From: an uncultured Alphaproteobacteria bacterium
GTDB taxonomy: Bacteria > Pseudomonadota > Alphaproteobacteria > CAAHEQ01 > UBA3637
Length of the DNA stretch: 45,059 nucleotides
Reading direction: 5' to 3'
Assembly: GCA_944391585.1 (NCBI GenBank)
Contig: CALXUD010000003.1
Span: 1 to 45,059, forward strand
Position numbers and translations under genes: made by a program. How positions within the stretch are numbered: the stretch's first letter is position 1; each line of letters opens with the position of its first letter. This document shows positions 10,693-19,859 of this stretch, one piece after another. The notes beneath the pieces are model-generated. The model saw only the letters and a program-made list of their open reading frames with translations. It was not told the origin of the DNA and searched no databases.

Positions 10693-11436
10693 ATGGAAAA
10701 ATTTTTTAAAAATTATGAAATCAAAAGTTTTGAGTGCGATCAAACGGGTTTTTTGCGTTTAAGAACATTGTTCAATTTTTTTCAGGATTTGGCTGATACC
10801 CATGCTAATAAAATGGGACTTGGATACCATTTTTGTAAGGAGCGTGGAATAGGTTGGATTGGCGGAGCTTATCATATTCGGATTCATAAAATGCCAAAAT
10901 GGGAAGATCAGGTACAAATATGGACATGGCCCTCTGCTTCAACGGCAGTAACGGGAATTCGGGAATTTCAAATGTGCTCACAAGACAATTTTGTTTTGAT
11001 TGATGCTTCCAGTCAATGGGTTTTGATCGATACGCAAAAGTTTCGTCCGATTTCTGTGATAAAACATGTAGGAGCTTATGATTTAATCCCTGAACGATTT
11101 ATTGAAACTCAGTTTGAAAAGCTACCTATTTTAGAGCGTATAGATTATGAAACAGATGAAATCATTCGCTATGATGATATCGATATTAATGGACATGTGA
11201 ATAATGCAGTTTATCCGACATGGGCATTGGATGCATTACCGCCAATTTTTTTAAAAAAGAACAATCTTTTGGAATTGAAAATTCAATTTAAAAAACCGGC
11301 TCTTTTATCAAATTCTGTCCATGTTCAAACACAAATTGAATCAGAACATACTTTTCATGTCATTACAAACAAAGACGGTTCATCCGAATTTGCACGTTTG
11401 GAAATAAATTGGCGTTCAAAAGACGTTTCGCTTTAA
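10693..11436 (+). CDS. Acyl-ACP thioesterase (FatA/FatB-like double hotdog)
   Basis: YEIKSFECD N-terminus and catalytic motif DIDINGHVNNAVY; 247 aa. Confidence 0.9.
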   Translation: MEKFFKNYEIKSFECDQTGFLRLRTLFNFFQDLADTHANKMGLGYHFCKERGIGWIGGAYHIRIHKMPKWEDQVQIWTWPSASTAVTGIREFQMCSQDNFVLIDASSQWVLIDTQKFRPISVIKHVGAYDLIPERFIETQFEKLPILERIDYETDEIIRYDDIDINGHVNNAVYPTWALDALPPIFLKKNNLLELKIQFKKPALLSNSVHVQTQIESEHTFHVITNKDGSSEFARLEINWRSKDVSL

Positions 11437-11438
11437 AG

Positions 11439-11467
11439 TTGATATTTTCAAGTCTTTTTACTATAAT
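11439..11467 (+). promoter_or_regulatory. Sigma70 promoter of hflX
   Basis: TTGATA-17 bp-TATAAT. Confidence 0.7.
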
Positions 11468-11489
11468 ATCCCCAAAAAAGGAATATGTT

Positions 11490-12761
11490 TTGTCAGATCG
11501 TATACTTGTTTTATTACCGATTTTAAAAAATAAACCAATTAACCGAACGCCGGAAGCTCAATTAGCTGAATTGGTTTCATTGACCAAAGCAATTAATGTG
11601 GAGGTTGTGTATGCGGAATTTATTTTTGTGCGAACGATTCAACCGGCTACTTATATCGGTAAAGGAACGTTGGAGCGTTTTTCAGATGTTATTTCGAAAA
11701 ATTACGTTGATGTGGTGGTTGTGGGATGTCCTTTATCTCCCATTCAACAACGTAATTTAGAACGATCTTGGCATGTGAAAGTGATTGACAAAACCGCTTT
11801 GATTTTGGAAATTTTTGGTGATCGAGCCAGAACGAAAGAAGGGGAGTTACAAGTTGAATTGGCACATTTAATGTATGCCAGATCCCGTTTAGTTCGTTCT
11901 TGGACCCACTTGGAACGTCAACGTGGTGGCGCCGGCTTTTTGGGTGGCCCCGGTGAAACTCAAATTGAGTTAGACCGCCGGTTAATTGATGATGATATTG
12001 CTAAAATAAAAAAAGAATTGGAAGCAGTCAAACGCACGCGCCATTTGCATCGTCAAGCCAGGCGCAAAGTACCTTATCCGATTGTGGCGTTGGTAGGTTA
12101 TACAAATGCAGGGAAATCAACCTTATTTAATCGTTTAACGAAAGCCAGTGTTTTGGCAAAAGATATGTTGTTTGCCACATTAGACCCAACCATGCGTCAG
12201 ATTAAATTACCACATGGGCAAAATGTGATTTTATCCGATACCGTTGGTTTTATTTCGGATTTGCCGACAGAATTAGTTATGGCTTTTCGGGCAACATTGG
12301 AAGAAGTTTTGGAAGCGGATATTATTTTACATGTACGGGATTGTGCTCATCCGGATTGTGAAGCGCAAAAAAAAGATGTGGAAGCTGTTTTAAAAGATAT
12401 TGGTGCTTGGGATTCATCCGATAAAAAGCTGATAGAAGTTTTAAATAAAATTGATTTATTGCCTCCAGATGAGTATAAGTGTTTATTAGCTCAAAAAAAA
12501 CGGCAAGACTCACAATGGCCGATTTCCAGCCTAACAGGGGAGGGGATTGATGAGCTGCTTTGTTGTGTAGAATCTCTTTTAAATAAAAATTTCACAGAAA
12601 TGAAATTAAAAATTCCTGTCACAGAAGGAGCTGTGATTGCCAGTTTATATCGTAAAGGGCAAGTTTTATCACGTCAAGATACAGAAGATATTGTCTTGAT
12701 GCACGTGTTATTGATGCCCAAAGATTTGAGCATTTATCAAAAATATATTGCTTTATCTTAG
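11490..12761 (+). CDS. hflX: Ribosome-splitting GTPase HflX
   Basis: GPGETQIELDRR, GYTNAGKS, LFATLDPT, DTVG, NKID; probable TTG start at 11490 after AAGGA. Confidence 0.96.
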   Translation: MSDRILVLLPILKNKPINRTPEAQLAELVSLTKAINVEVVYAEFIFVRTIQPATYIGKGTLERFSDVISKNYVDVVVVGCPLSPIQQRNLERSWHVKVIDKTALILEIFGDRARTKEGELQVELAHLMYARSRLVRSWTHLERQRGGAGFLGGPGETQIELDRRLIDDDIAKIKKELEAVKRTRHLHRQARRKVPYPIVALVGYTNAGKSTLFNRLTKASVLAKDMLFATLDPTMRQIKLPHGQNVILSDTVGFISDLPTELVMAFRATLEEVLEADIILHVRDCAHPDCEAQKKDVEAVLKDIGAWDSSDKKLIEVLNKIDLLPPDEYKCLLAQKKRQDSQWPISSLTGEGIDELLCCVESLLNKNFTEMKLKIPVTEGAVIASLYRKGQVLSRQDTEDIVLMHVLLMPKDLSIYQKYIALS

Positions 12762-12801
12762 TTTTTGTTTATAATAATGTCTTCAATTTAAAGGAAATAA
12801 A

Positions 12802-13728
12802 ATGCCACTTATTGTGCGAGATCACTTACCAGCTGTTAAAGCGTTAGAAGAAGAGGGGTTGTTTACGGCAACGCCTGAACGTGCATTGACACAAGATATT
12901 CGGCCATTAAAAATTGCCCTTGTTAATTTAATGCCGACAAAAACAACAACGGAAATTCAATTTATGCGTTTATTGTCCAATAGTCCGCTTCAAATTGAGT
13001 TTACATTATTGTGTATGGGCTCTCATCATTCAAAAAATACATCGGATGCTTATTTGAAACAGTTTTATAAAACTTTAATTCAGATTGAAGGAATGCGTTT
13101 TGATGGGATGATTATTACCGGTGCGCCGGTTGAAAATCTGGATTTTAAAGAAGTGGATTATTGGTATGAATTAAAAGAATTAATGCGTTATACCAAATCT
13201 AACGTTTTTTCAACAATGCATGTGTGCTGGGGAGCGCAAGCGGCCTTATATTATCATTACGGTATTCAAAAATACCCATTATCGGCAAAATGTTTCGGTG
13301 TTTTTCCGCACACTATCAATCCGGATCATGATTTGTTGTTAAAAGGTGCGAATGATATTATGTATGTGCCACACTCTCGTCATTCCGGGTGGCATACCAA
13401 AGATATTGAATCAGATGCGCGTTTGAAAATCCTTTTAAAATCGTCTGATGCCGGAGTATGTATGGTGAGTGCTCATCAAGGACGTCAAATTTTTGTTTCC
13501 GGTCATTTTGAATATGATCGAGAAACGCTGGCTAATGAGTATTTTCGGGACATTCAAAAAGGCTTGCCAATTGAAGTACCTGAGAATTATTTCCCGAATG
13601 ATGATGTGTCAAAAGATCCTGTTTTAACTTGGCGTTCAGACGCTAATCTCGTTTTTTCAAATTGGTTGAATTATATTGTTTATCAGCGAACCCCTTATGA
13701 TTTAAAAGAATTAGAACCTTTGGAGTGA
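12802..13728 (+). CDS. metA: Homoserine O-acyltransferase of the MetA family, probably acetyl-specific
   Basis: QDIRPLKI, NLMPTK, ITGAPVE, catalytic CWGAQA, PHSRH, GHFEYD; Glu in GAPVE is the known acetyl-CoA determinant. Confidence 0.95.
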   Translation: MPLIVRDHLPAVKALEEEGLFTATPERALTQDIRPLKIALVNLMPTKTTTEIQFMRLLSNSPLQIEFTLLCMGSHHSKNTSDAYLKQFYKTLIQIEGMRFDGMIITGAPVENLDFKEVDYWYELKELMRYTKSNVFSTMHVCWGAQAALYYHYGIQKYPLSAKCFGVFPHTINPDHDLLLKGANDIMYVPHSRHSGWHTKDIESDARLKILLKSSDAGVCMVSAHQGRQIFVSGHFEYDRETLANEYFRDIQKGLPIEVPENYFPNDDVSKDPVLTWRSDANLVFSNWLNYIVYQRTPYDLKELEPLE

Positions 13729-13731
13729 AAA

Positions 13732-14151
13732 ATGGCTTTAAAAACAGCGCTTTTTACGCGTCAAACAGAAGATTTTGATTGTGAGGAATGTGGAACACAT
13801 GTTAAGGGAAATGGCTATACGAATCATTGCCCATGCTGTTTATGCAGTAAACATGTTGATGTGAATCCGGGTGATCGGGCATCAGACTGTCATGCATTGA
13901 TGTATCCGGTGGCTTATGAACAAAAAAATGGAACAGAATACATTATCCATGAATGTTCTCAATGCAATCATGTGCGTCGGAATAAAGTAGCGTCGGAAGA
14001 TTCCAGAGAAGCAATTATTGCATTATCTAATGGTACATATGAAGAGTATCTTGAAAAATTGCATCGCAGGTTGTTTAAGGGGGAATCAAAGGAAGAAAAA
14101 AAGCTGCCCTCCTCCGAACAGCTTTCTCTTCTCAAGACAAAAGAACGATAA
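13732..14151 (+). CDS. RNHCP-domain protein (putative Zn binding)
   Basis: FDCEECG...TNHCPCCLCSKHVD..PGDRAS.C...HECSQC pattern. Confidence 0.85.
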   Translation: MALKTALFTRQTEDFDCEECGTHVKGNGYTNHCPCCLCSKHVDVNPGDRASDCHALMYPVAYEQKNGTEYIIHECSQCNHVRRNKVASEDSREAIIALSNGTYEEYLEKLHRRLFKGESKEEKKLPSSEQLSLLKTKER

Positions 14152-14152
14152 A

Positions 14153-14398
14153 TTATCTTTCTTCCAGCTCGTGAAGCTTTTCTTCCTTATGTAGGATTTT
14201 CCGTGTAACCAGATCCAAAATCAATTCATTACCGTTTTCTTTTGCCCAGTTTTGAATCATGTATAATCCGTTTATTCGTTGTTTTTTGGTTTCAATAATA
14301 AAATTTTTCATATCTTCCGGAAATTTTGCCCATACTTTTTTAACTTCTTCTTTTAACAGGGCTTTTTCATCCGGTGATAAATTTGGTGTGTCAGTCAT
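14153..14398 (-). CDS. Hypothetical 81-aa charged helical protein
   Basis: ATG preceded by a strong AAGGAGGG Shine-Dalgarno; no recognisable domain. Confidence 0.75.
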   Translation of the reverse strand: MTDTPNLSPDEKALLKEEVKKVWAKFPEDMKNFIIETKKQRINGLYMIQNWAKENGNELILDLVTRKILHKEEKLHELEER

Positions 14399-14510
14399 TT
14401 TTCCCTCCTTTATGATTAAACGGTTTTAATAGAAATACATAGAGGGTATAAACGCTTAAGGCACATCCCATAATTGCTAATACAATAAAACGTTGAATAC
14501 TTAAAAACAT
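14391..14510 (-). CDS. 39-aa single-pass membrane microprotein (not in the ORF track)
   Basis: MFLSIQRFIVLAIMGCALSVYTLYVFLLKPFNHKGGKND; GGGGAGGAAG before the ATG; stop overlaps the next start (ATGACTGA). Confidence 0.6.
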   Translation of the reverse strand: MFLSIQRFIVLAIMGCALSVYTLYVFLLKPFNHKGGKND

Positions 14511-14592
14511 CTTCCTCCCCCTTATGAAATATTCTACAACTAAAAATTGTTCTTTTTGATGTAGAAGTCAAGAGGGGAATAAAAATTATTTT

Positions 14593-15609
14593 TTATATTT
14601 TTTTAAATTGTTTACTGGTTCCATATCCGAGCCCGATTGAGCGGCCAATAGAGAGTATTTTTTGTGCAATATCGGATTGGTCAACACTTTCTTTCCCTGG
14701 GTATAATTGATATAATCTGGCATATTCTTCAGTGGTGATATTTGGCATAACTACATTAGCTCCGGCTTTTAACGCCATAAGTCGCCCCATCGGATGCAAT
14801 GCTTCCATAGCCGTTGTGGCCGGAATGTTAATTTTGGGCATTAAAAGGCGCATTAAAGCCATTGTACGCAAGGCCAAATATAAATCCTTCCCAACCTCAT
14901 TTTCCAAAGGTGTTCCTTGAGCTGGAATAAACGGACCGATTCCCGCCATGTCAATGCCGATCTCTTTTAAAAACAATAAATCATCAGCGATGGAATCAAT
15001 TGTTTGATTTGGTAATCCAACCATTATACCGGAGCCAAGTTCATATCCAGCATTTTTTAAATCCAATAAACATTGTTTACGTGTTTCCCAAGACATGCCG
15101 GGATCTAAGTAATGATATAAGTTTTTATCTGTTGTTTCAATGCGCAATAAAAACCGATCAGCTCCTGCTTCTTTATAAGCTTTATACTCATCAGCTGTTT
15201 TTTCTCCGATAGATAAAGTAATCGCAACGTCCATTTTTTTTATTTCACGTAAAATAGAACAGATTTTGTGAGTTGTGAAAAATAAATCTTCTCCGGACTG
15301 TAAAACGATAGTCTTAAAACCTTGCTGAACGGCTTTTTCTGCCAATGAAATGATTTCTTTCGGTGCTAAACGATAGCGTTTCGGCAATTGATTATCTCGC
15401 CGAATGCCGCAATATAGACAATTATTTTTACAAATATTTGAAAATTCAATCAACCCACGTAAATGAACAGCATCTCCCACAAATTGATGGCGGATTGTAT
15501 CTGCTGCTTTAAATAAATCCGTTTGATGTGTTTTATCAGATAAAAGCAAAATTAAATCATCTTTTGAAAGGTGATGTGTTTTCACTGCTTTTTCCAATAC
15601 AGGATTCAT
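14593..15609 (-). CDS. hydE: [FeFe]-hydrogenase maturase, radical SAM protein HydE
   Basis: LRGLIEFSNICKNNCLYCGIR (CxxxCxxC), VLQSGED, LLRIET, IPATTA, GANVVMPN, C-terminal YQLYPGK. Confidence 0.85.
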   Translation of the reverse strand: MNPVLEKAVKTHHLSKDDLILLLSDKTHQTDLFKAADTIRHQFVGDAVHLRGLIEFSNICKNNCLYCGIRRDNQLPKRYRLAPKEIISLAEKAVQQGFKTIVLQSGEDLFFTTHKICSILREIKKMDVAITLSIGEKTADEYKAYKEAGADRFLLRIETTDKNLYHYLDPGMSWETRKQCLLDLKNAGYELGSGIMVGLPNQTIDSIADDLLFLKEIGIDMAGIGPFIPAQGTPLENEVGKDLYLALRTMALMRLLMPKINIPATTAMEALHPMGRLMALKAGANVVMPNITTEEYARLYQLYPGKESVDQSDIAQKILSIGRSIGLGYGTSKQFKKI

Positions 15610-15665
15610 TTTTCTTCTCCGCTCATTATGCAAAAAAGATATAATGTTTCCTGTTTAAAGTCAAT

Positions 15666-16262
15666 TTATTTAAAGATATGAACTCGTTTTTCCAATGGTA
15701 GATGTGTTTTAACACCGGCTGGAGCTTCAATGCTTCCAAATGGCATTTGAGCAATTAAATGCCACGAATCAGGTAATTGAAATAACTGATGTGTTTTTGA
15801 ATCAATTAAGGGATTATAGTGTTGTAAAGAAGCGCCAATTCCTTTTTCGGCTAAAGCTGTCCAAATCATATATTGTAAGATAGCATTGCCTTGCTCAGAC
15901 CATTTTGGGAATTGTTCAGCATAAGTTGGATAATCTTTTTGCAATTTTTGAATTGTTTTTTCTTCTTCAAAGAACAAAACAGTTCCAACTCCTTTGGAAA
16001 AAGAGAGAATTTTCTTTTCTGTCGGTCCGAAATTTTCGGGTGAGATAAGTTTTTTTAATGTATTCAAAACCATTTCCCAAAATTTTTGATAACTTTCTCC
16101 AAATAATAAAACCAAACGTGTTGATTGAGAATTAAAAGCTGAAGGGGCATTAAAAAGACAACTTTCAATTACTTTTGAAATTTCATTATGCGATAGGTTA
16201 ACTTGTGTGCCGAGCGTATAAATAGAGCGGCGTTTTTGAATCGCTTCTTGAAAACAAGACAT
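15666..16262 (-). CDS. Nitroreductase family protein (Frm2/Hbn1-like)
   Basis: KRRSIYTL, APSAFNSQSTR, GASLQHYNP, LIAQMPFG. Confidence 0.92.
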   Translation of the reverse strand: MSCFQEAIQKRRSIYTLGTQVNLSHNEISKVIESCLFNAPSAFNSQSTRLVLLFGESYQKFWEMVLNTLKKLISPENFGPTEKKILSFSKGVGTVLFFEEEKTIQKLQKDYPTYAEQFPKWSEQGNAILQYMIWTALAEKGIGASLQHYNPLIDSKTHQLFQLPDSWHLIAQMPFGSIEAPAGVKTHLPLEKRVHIFK

Positions 16263-16393
16263 TTTTTCCTCCTTTAGTTGTTCTTTTTCTTAATTTAATG
16301 TTTCTTTTTTCTTTTTTTAATAAAATATTTTTTTTGAATATCTTTGAGGAGTATTATATTGACACACTTTAAATATCAGCTTACATTAATAAC

Positions 16394-17506
16394 ATGGAAT
16401 TAAAATATATCGTAAAACAAAATCGATTGCTTTTAACTCTTTCCGGAGACTTTTTGTCCTATCAAAATGATTCGGAAAAAGAGGGGGTGCTGAAGCAAGT
16501 TCAAGCCTCTAAGATTAAAACTATTGATATTGATGCAACTCATTTGGGACAGTGGGATTCTTCTTTAGTGGTTATTTTATTTAAAATGATGCAACGTGCT
16601 CGTAAAGAAGGTATTCCTGTGCATTTAAATATGCTACCGGCGGGATTACAGCGGTTGTTAAATTTAGCTTTTGCGGTTGATAGGAAACCACCAAAACATC
16701 ACACGGTAAATGAAGAGTTTTTAGTTCGTTTAGGCGGATGGTATTTGAAAACACAAACTTCTTTTTTTAAAGGATGGAATTTTATTAAAGAAGTTCTTCA
16801 TTCTTTTCGACGTTTCTTTTCTAAAAAAGCAGTTATGCGTCCGGTTGATTTTTTCTTTTCTTTGGAAGATTGTTCGTATAAAGCCTTGCCTATCGTTGCC
16901 TTAATCAGTTTTATGGTTGGCTTAATTTTAGCTTTCGTTGGAGCAGTTCAGTTAAAGTTATTTGGTGCTCAAATTTATGTGGCCAGCCTTGTTACAATTG
17001 GAATGACCCGTATTATGGGGGCTATTATGATCGGGGTTATCATGGCAGGCAGAACAGGGGCGTCTTATGCCGCAACAATAGGTACAATGCAGGTTAACGA
17101 AGAAGTTGATGCCTTAAAAACAATGGGGATTCCCGTTTCGGATTTTTTGGTTCTTCCTCGTGTATTGGCTTTAATGATTACTATGCCGTTTTTAACAATT
17201 ATGGCAGATTTTATGGGAATATTCGGAGGTGGAGCTGTCAGTATTTTGATGTTAGATATTGCACCACAAGAGTATTGGCGACTATCTATGGAAGCGCTAA
17301 ATATGGCTAATTTTCTAGTTGGTATTTTTCATGGGTTTGTTTTTGGAATCGTGATTGCATTATGTGGTTGTTATTACGGCGTTTTTTGTGGACGTAATGC
17401 GGATAGTGTCGGAGTTGCGACAACAAAGGCTGTTGTATCGGCAATCGTTTGGATGATTCTCATGACGGGTGTTATTACACTAACATGTGAGGTGATGGGG
17501 ATATGA
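16394..17506 (+). CDS. mlaE: MlaE-family ABC permease with N-terminal STAS-like domain
   Basis: [39 protein letters not shown]; N-terminal WDSS STAS-like segment. Confidence 0.92.
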   Translation: MELKYIVKQNRLLLTLSGDFLSYQNDSEKEGVLKQVQASKIKTIDIDATHLGQWDSSLVVILFKMMQRARKEGIPVHLNMLPAGLQRLLNLAFAVDRKPPKHHTVNEEFLVRLGGWYLKTQTSFFKGWNFIKEVLHSFRRFFSKKAVMRPVDFFFSLEDCSYKALPIVALISFMVGLILAFVGAVQLKLFGAQIYVASLVTIGMTRIMGAIMIGVIMAGRTGASYAATIGTMQVNEEVDALKTMGIPVSDFLVLPRVLALMITMPFLTIMADFMGIFGGGAVSILMLDIAPQEYWRLSMEALNMANFLVGIFHGFVFGIVIALCGCYYGVFCGRNADSVGVATTKAVVSAIVWMILMTGVITLTCEVMGI

Positions 17507-18273
17507 AAAAAGAAAATCAAATATCCGTGCGAAACTTAACCATTGCCTATGATAATTTTATATTATTAAAGGATTTATCATTTGATGTAAAAAAACATGA
17601 TGTGTTTATCATTATGGGGGGAAGTGGCAGTGGAAAAAGTTCTTTATTGCGAATTTTAACCGGTTTAAAAACACCAAAGGGTGGAGAGGTTTTAATTGAT
17701 GGTATTGATTTAGTTAAAGCGAATCAAAAACAAAAAGATGCCATTATGCAAAAATGTGGCATTTTATATCAAAGCGGTGCTTTATTTAGTTCTATGACGT
17801 TGGCTGAGAATATCGCGTTACCGTTGCAGCAATATACATCCTATTCTGAAAATGATATTAAAGATTTAGTTTCTTTAAAGTTAGCTTTTGTCGGTTTGGC
17901 AGGTTTTGAAGATTTTTATCCTTCGGAAATCAGTGGTGGAATGAAAAAACGAGCAGGATTAGCAAGAGCATTAGCTTTAGATCCGGAAATTGTTTATTTT
18001 GATGAGCCATCAGCTGGATTGGATCCGATTAGTTCTAGATTATTGGATGATTTGATTATTGATATCAATCAAAGTTTGGGAACAACAATTGTAGTCGTCA
18101 CGCATGAACTCAGTTCTATTTTTTCTATTGGAACAAATTCTATTTATTTAGATGCGAACTCTAAAACAATTTTGGGACATGGTAATCCAAAAGATTTATT
18201 GAAAAATCCACCCAATGAAACTATATTCCAATTTTTAACAAGAGGTGAAAAAAAATATGAAAGAGCCAAGTAA
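17503..18273 (+). CDS. mlaF: MlaF-family ABC ATPase
   Basis: [41 protein letters not shown]. Confidence 0.93.
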   Translation: MKKENQISVRNLTIAYDNFILLKDLSFDVKKHDVFIIMGGSGSGKSSLLRILTGLKTPKGGEVLIDGIDLVKANQKQKDAIMQKCGILYQSGALFSSMTLAENIALPLQQYTSYSENDIKDLVSLKLAFVGLAGFEDFYPSEISGGMKKRAGLARALALDPEIVYFDEPSAGLDPISSRLLDDLIIDINQSLGTTIVVVTHELSSIFSIGTNSIYLDANSKTILGHGNPKDLLKNPPNETIFQFLTRGEKKYERAK

Positions 18274-19021
18274 GAAAAAAATCGGTTTGTTTTTAATGAC
18301 AGGCATCGTTATTTTTGTGCTGGTTATGGGATCATTTTTAAAAGATAAGTTTTTCATTGATTATTCAAAACAAGCCGTGATGTATTTTGATGAATCCATT
18401 AAAGGACTAAATGTGGGAGCTCCGGTTGTTTTTAAGGGGGTTGAAATCGGAAAAGTTTCTAAAATTGATTTAATTGAAACCGGCACAGGATTGGATTTTA
18501 GAATTCCGGTTTATACCCAATTTAATAATAATGTGATTACCAAAAGTAAAGATAAAAAATTTATTTTGGACGGCTTGATTGAAAAGGGATTGCGTGCGCG
18601 TTTAACAACACAAAGTTATTTAACGGGGCAGTTGATGATTGAGTTGGAAATGTTGCCGGATACACCATTAGTTTTTAAAGCCCCTAAACCGAATTTATTC
18701 GAAATTCCAACGACTCTTTCTCCATTTGGAGAATTGTCAAAAGGTCTGCAAAGCGTTCCGCTCAAACAAAGTGTTGAAAAATTTAATTATTTTTTTGATA
18801 CATTGAATGCACAAATGCCGGTTATTTTACCAGAAATGCAAAAATTAATTAAAAATGCAAATAAATTAGTCACTGATAACACAAAAGGTTCTTCTGAAGT
18901 TGTTCGTAATTTGAATAAGACGTTGATAGATTTAGATATGGCGGCAAAATCATTGAAAAATTTTGCAGATTATATTGAACAACATCCAGACGCCTTATTA
19001 AAAGGGAAGGGAGGCAGATAA
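18257..19021 (+). CDS. mlaD: MCE-domain (MlaD/PqiB-like) protein
   Basis: N-terminal [34 protein letters not shown]-terminal [13 protein letters not shown]. Confidence 0.9.
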   Translation: MKEPSKKKIGLFLMTGIVIFVLVMGSFLKDKFFIDYSKQAVMYFDESIKGLNVGAPVVFKGVEIGKVSKIDLIETGTGLDFRIPVYTQFNNNVITKSKDKKFILDGLIEKGLRARLTTQSYLTGQLMIELEMLPDTPLVFKAPKPNLFEIPTTLSPFGELSKGLQSVPLKQSVEKFNYFFDTLNAQMPVILPEMQKLIKNANKLVTDNTKGSSEVVRNLNKTLIDLDMAAKSLKNFADYIEQHPDALLKGKGGR

Positions 19022-19617
19022 TGAAAAAAATTATATCCGTTGTTTTATTTTTATTCTTGATAGGTTGTTTTGCTCCCAGTAATAGAGAGGCAAATTTTTA
19101 TTACATTAAACCGGTCCCTCAAGCTGAACAGACTATTCAACTTTCAAAATTATTGAATATCGGGATTCAACGGGTTGAAATTCCTCCCTATTTAGACAGA
19201 CCTCAAATTGTTATAATTCAAGGGGATTCATCAGAATTAACAGTATCTGAATGGAATCGGTGGAGCGAAAATCTTTCTACAATGTTGCAAAGAACGATTT
19301 CTGAGGATTTATCTATTTATTTGCCGAAGGCCTTTGTAAAGCCTTATTTAAGTTCTCAAGATAATTTTGATTACACAATTTTAGTAGAAGTAAATAAATT
19401 AGATGCTCGCTTTGAAAATAAAAATACAGGTAAACTTGTTTTAGATGTTTATTGGTTTATTTTCAATCAAGATAATAATCAAATTTTCCAAAAAAGGAGT
19501 CAGCTAATTCAACCTTTAACAGGAGGATACGAAAATTTAGCAGAGCAAATCAGTTTTTTGATGGGGCAGTTATCTAAACAAATGGCCCAAGAAATAAAAA
19601 GATTAACGTCTAAATAA
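19021..19617 (+). CDS. pqiC: PqiC-family (ABC auxiliary) outer-membrane lipoprotein
   Basis: Lipobox LIGC, IPPYLDRPQIV, RWSENL; last gene of the MCE operon. Confidence 0.85.
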   Translation: MKKIISVVLFLFLIGCFAPSNREANFYYIKPVPQAEQTIQLSKLLNIGIQRVEIPPYLDRPQIVIIQGDSSELTVSEWNRWSENLSTMLQRTISEDLSIYLPKAFVKPYLSSQDNFDYTILVEVNKLDARFENKNTGKLVLDVYWFIFNQDNNQIFQKRSQLIQPLTGGYENLAEQISFLMGQLSKQMAQEIKRLTSK

Positions 19618-19642
19618 AAAAACGCCTCAACAGGCGTTTTTT
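19616..19642. terminator. Bidirectional terminator between pqiC and tRNA-Glu
   Basis: AAAAAAACGCCT-CAAC-AGGCGTTTTTT. Confidence 0.85.
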
Positions 19643-19717
19643 GGCGACCCCAGCGAGATTCGAACTCGCGTTACCGCCGTGAAAGGGCGATGTCCTAGGC
19701 CTCTAGACGATGGGGTC
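19642..19717 (-). tRNA. tRNA-Glu (TTC)
   Basis: GACCCCATCGTCTAGAGGCCTAGGACATCGCCC-TTTCACG-GCGGTAACGCGAGTTCGAATCTCGCTGGGGTCGCCA; cloverleaf with encoded CCA. Confidence 0.97.
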
Positions 19718-19734
19718 ATCAGAGGTTAGGGCAA

Positions 19735-19763
19735 TTTATACACTAAAAAATAATCTTTGGCAA
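19735..19763 (-). promoter_or_regulatory. Promoter of tRNA-Glu
   Basis: TTGCCA-17 bp-TATAAA. Confidence 0.6.
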
Positions 19764-19804
19764 GAACTTTTTTTGAAAAAATATAAAATTATTTTCATTG
19801 AATC

Positions 19805-19833
19805 AAAAAACGGGAAGTTCAACCTCCCGTTTT
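19805..19833 (-). terminator. Terminator after pheT
   Basis: Minus strand AAAACGGGAGG-TTGAA-CTTCCCGTTTTTT. Confidence 0.85.
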
Positions 19834-19859
19834 ATTTACTAAAATATTTAAATAACAGT

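Noticed and set aside
16394-19617. MCE transporter operon as a novel system
   Set aside because: STAS-MlaE, MlaF, MCE protein and PqiC-like lipoprotein form a common, described operon type.
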